From assembly GCF_009914755.1 (NCBI RefSeq), contig NC_060934.1: 64,000 nt of DNA, one strand, 5' to 3'. The notes beneath the pieces were generated by a model that made no database searches, was not told the origin of the DNA, and saw only the letters and a list, made by a program, of their open reading frames with translations. This document shows positions 61,666-64,000 of the stretch, in pieces. Made by a program: the position numbers and the translations under genes. How positions within the stretch are numbered: the first letter of the stretch is position 1; each line of letters begins with the position of its first letter. The DNA comes from the human T2T-CHM13v2.0 reference genome, Homo sapiens.

Positions 61666-63353
61666 CTGTTAAAGATAAACATGATTATAAAGCAATCCAT
61701 ACATTTGATACATTTCAACTTATGGAACTTTTCAGTATCATCATCTACCACAGCATGAAGCCCTAGTAGCTCTGGGGCATTTTCACCTTATTCCACGGGA
61801 TACTGTAAAAATCCAAAAGACCTCAAAACAACAATGTTTTCTCTATTTTAATTCTGAAGTATCCTAACTTCCTTATAAGACTCAATTTTGCTTACTATTT
61901 GGCATTATAAACACAAACCGTGGTTACCCTAAATGATTTACTTTAGAAACTTTTATTTAATATAGAATTACATGTAGTATTCCTTTAAGAAAAGTTTCTG
62001 AATAAGATGTTAAAGACTGAGATTACTATTGATAAATACTACCTAATATACACAATCAACACTGGCATCCATGTCAGCTTTGGTGAGGAAAAGAAATGTT
62101 TATGGTAGAGGTTTGGGATTTTCAGTATCCTCTATTATAAGGGAACCAGAAGATTATCACACTGAAAGCAGGTACAGGTGCGGGAGCCAGCTCACACCAG
62201 CTCAGGAGAGCCACTGCATGCATCTCTTTCCAATTCCATGGTCACACATGTAGCTACCAGGGAACATGGTGAGTATTTATACCACAGAAATCAACAAACA
62301 CCACAAATTGGGGTTATTTTTCCCAGAAAGGGTTTGTTAAATATGTACCAGCGTACCACTGTCACAAGCAGAAGACAATTGGACACCCTACACAGAATAA
62401 AAAACAGCTGCATAGGGGACTGGATGACAGGGACCGTATACTCTATTAGAGGGCAGCACGCAAATATCTGACAACAAGTCTGCCTCATAGGTTAGGGTTT
62501 ATCAACTCCATTTTCACATACTACATAAAAGACCAATCACCACAATGCATGTTTGCATTGCCCCACAGGATTCATACACTATCTACAGAAAACTTCTGAG
62601 ATCAACTTACTGATTTCTAAGTTGATAAGGAAACAGAAAATAATCGTGCATATTTTAGAAATAAAACTTCATATCTACCAAGTCACCAGCTCTCTGAACT
62701 TCTGCTTCTTCCAAAGGGTCTAGTTATCCAACAGATAACTAATAAGCAATCTGAAAGATAAATTCCACCTCAATCAATCAAATCCTTCTTCCTTTCTCTT
62801 TCCCTCCCTCCTTCATCATTTTGATAGCCTTACAGTATCAATTATAGGGAACAAATCTTGCCAAAGAGAAGATAATGAACTTCGATTTTTGTTTTGTTTT
62901 ATAAGTAACATTTGATTTAGACTGTAGAAATATCTTATACAGAGATCAAAGCTTCTCAAGCCAAAGGTCATTGTCTCTCCCTTTCGATTAGAAGCATGTT
63001 AATATATAAATAAAACCCATAAAACCACACATGTACATACCCTTCATAACACACGTTTTTTTCCAAACCAAGTATATCACCAGCTTCTTTTAATGTTGGT
63101 TTCTGCCCAATGCTATTTTAAAACAGCCTTATTAAGATAATTTACATACCATAAATTTCACCCATTTTAAACGTACAATTCAATGATTTTTAGTAAATTT
63201 AAAGAACTGTACTCCAGTTTTAGACAATTTCCATCATCCCACAAAGATCCTTCACGCTCACTGGCAGTCAATCCCTGTTCCCATTGCTAGGCAACCACTA
63301 TCTTTCTTTCTCTATAAATGTGCCTTTTTCTGGACATTTCACATAAATGGAAT

Positions 63354-63660
63354 ACAAACCAAGCATCCCTAGTCTAAAAATCTGAAATGTTACAAATCCA
63401 AAACTTTTTGAATGCTGACATGATGCCAGAAGTAGAAAATTCCATACTTGACCCAGACTGGTCAAAGTCAAAATGCAGGCTCACAACACAGTTCATCCAG
63501 CCTATTGTGTTTTTGTTGTTGTTGAACAGCTAATTCAGGTACTCTGGTGATGCTACTGTGCTGCTTAGTTACCCTGAACACATTATTTTTTTCACTGTAT
63601 TAAGGTATGTCTTTTTTTTTTTTTACTGTTAAGTGCTTACATATGAGTAAGTACAAGAAA
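63354..63660. mobile_element. TcMar-Tigger DNA transposon fragment (Tigger4/MER46-like)
   Basis: AGCATCCCTAGTCTAAAAATCTGAAATG...AACTTTTTGAATGCTGACATGATG resembles the terminal sequence of this family. Confidence 0.65.
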
Positions 63661-63665
63661 ATGTT

Positions 63666-63998
<333 letters not shown>

Positions 63999-64000
63999 TG

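Noticed and set aside
61787-61802. Possible 16-nt microexon upstream of exon 3 (tttttacAG ... AAG|GTGAAA)
   Set aside because: It would shift the frame, the donor is moderate, and such matches are common by chance; no other support.

Overview
This is primate, almost certainly human, genomic DNA from the middle of NSUN6 (m5C tRNA/mRNA methyltransferase) on the minus strand. Six coding exons (80, 110, 154, 82, 120 and 145 nt; probably exons 3-8) have canonical GT-AG sites and join in frame, covering about residues 78-307: the PUA domain and SAM-binding motif I ([10 protein letters not shown]). The introns are mostly transposon-derived: two near-full-length dead L1s (L1PA8-like and L1PA3-like, both antisense to the gene), roughly 40 Alus, several solo LTRs (MER50, MER41A, LTR7C, LTR7, LTR12, MER68/MER77-like), old L1M/HAL1 fragments, and two tailless small-RNA retrocopies (U2, 5S). 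The most unusual structure is a layered tandem duplication at about 41.5-59.6 kb. First, a 4-kb unit was duplicated, leaving a chimeric Alu at the junction. Second, an Alu is flanked by ~2-kb direct repeats that look like a giant target-site duplication. Third, one copy carries an L1PA3 lacking its YY1 site, whose antisense promoter points into NSUN6. I found no evidence of a new protein-coding system; nearly all ORFs in the supplied track are Alu, L1 or LTR translations. Repeat subfamily names come from recalled consensus sequences and need RepeatMasker/Dfam confirmation.
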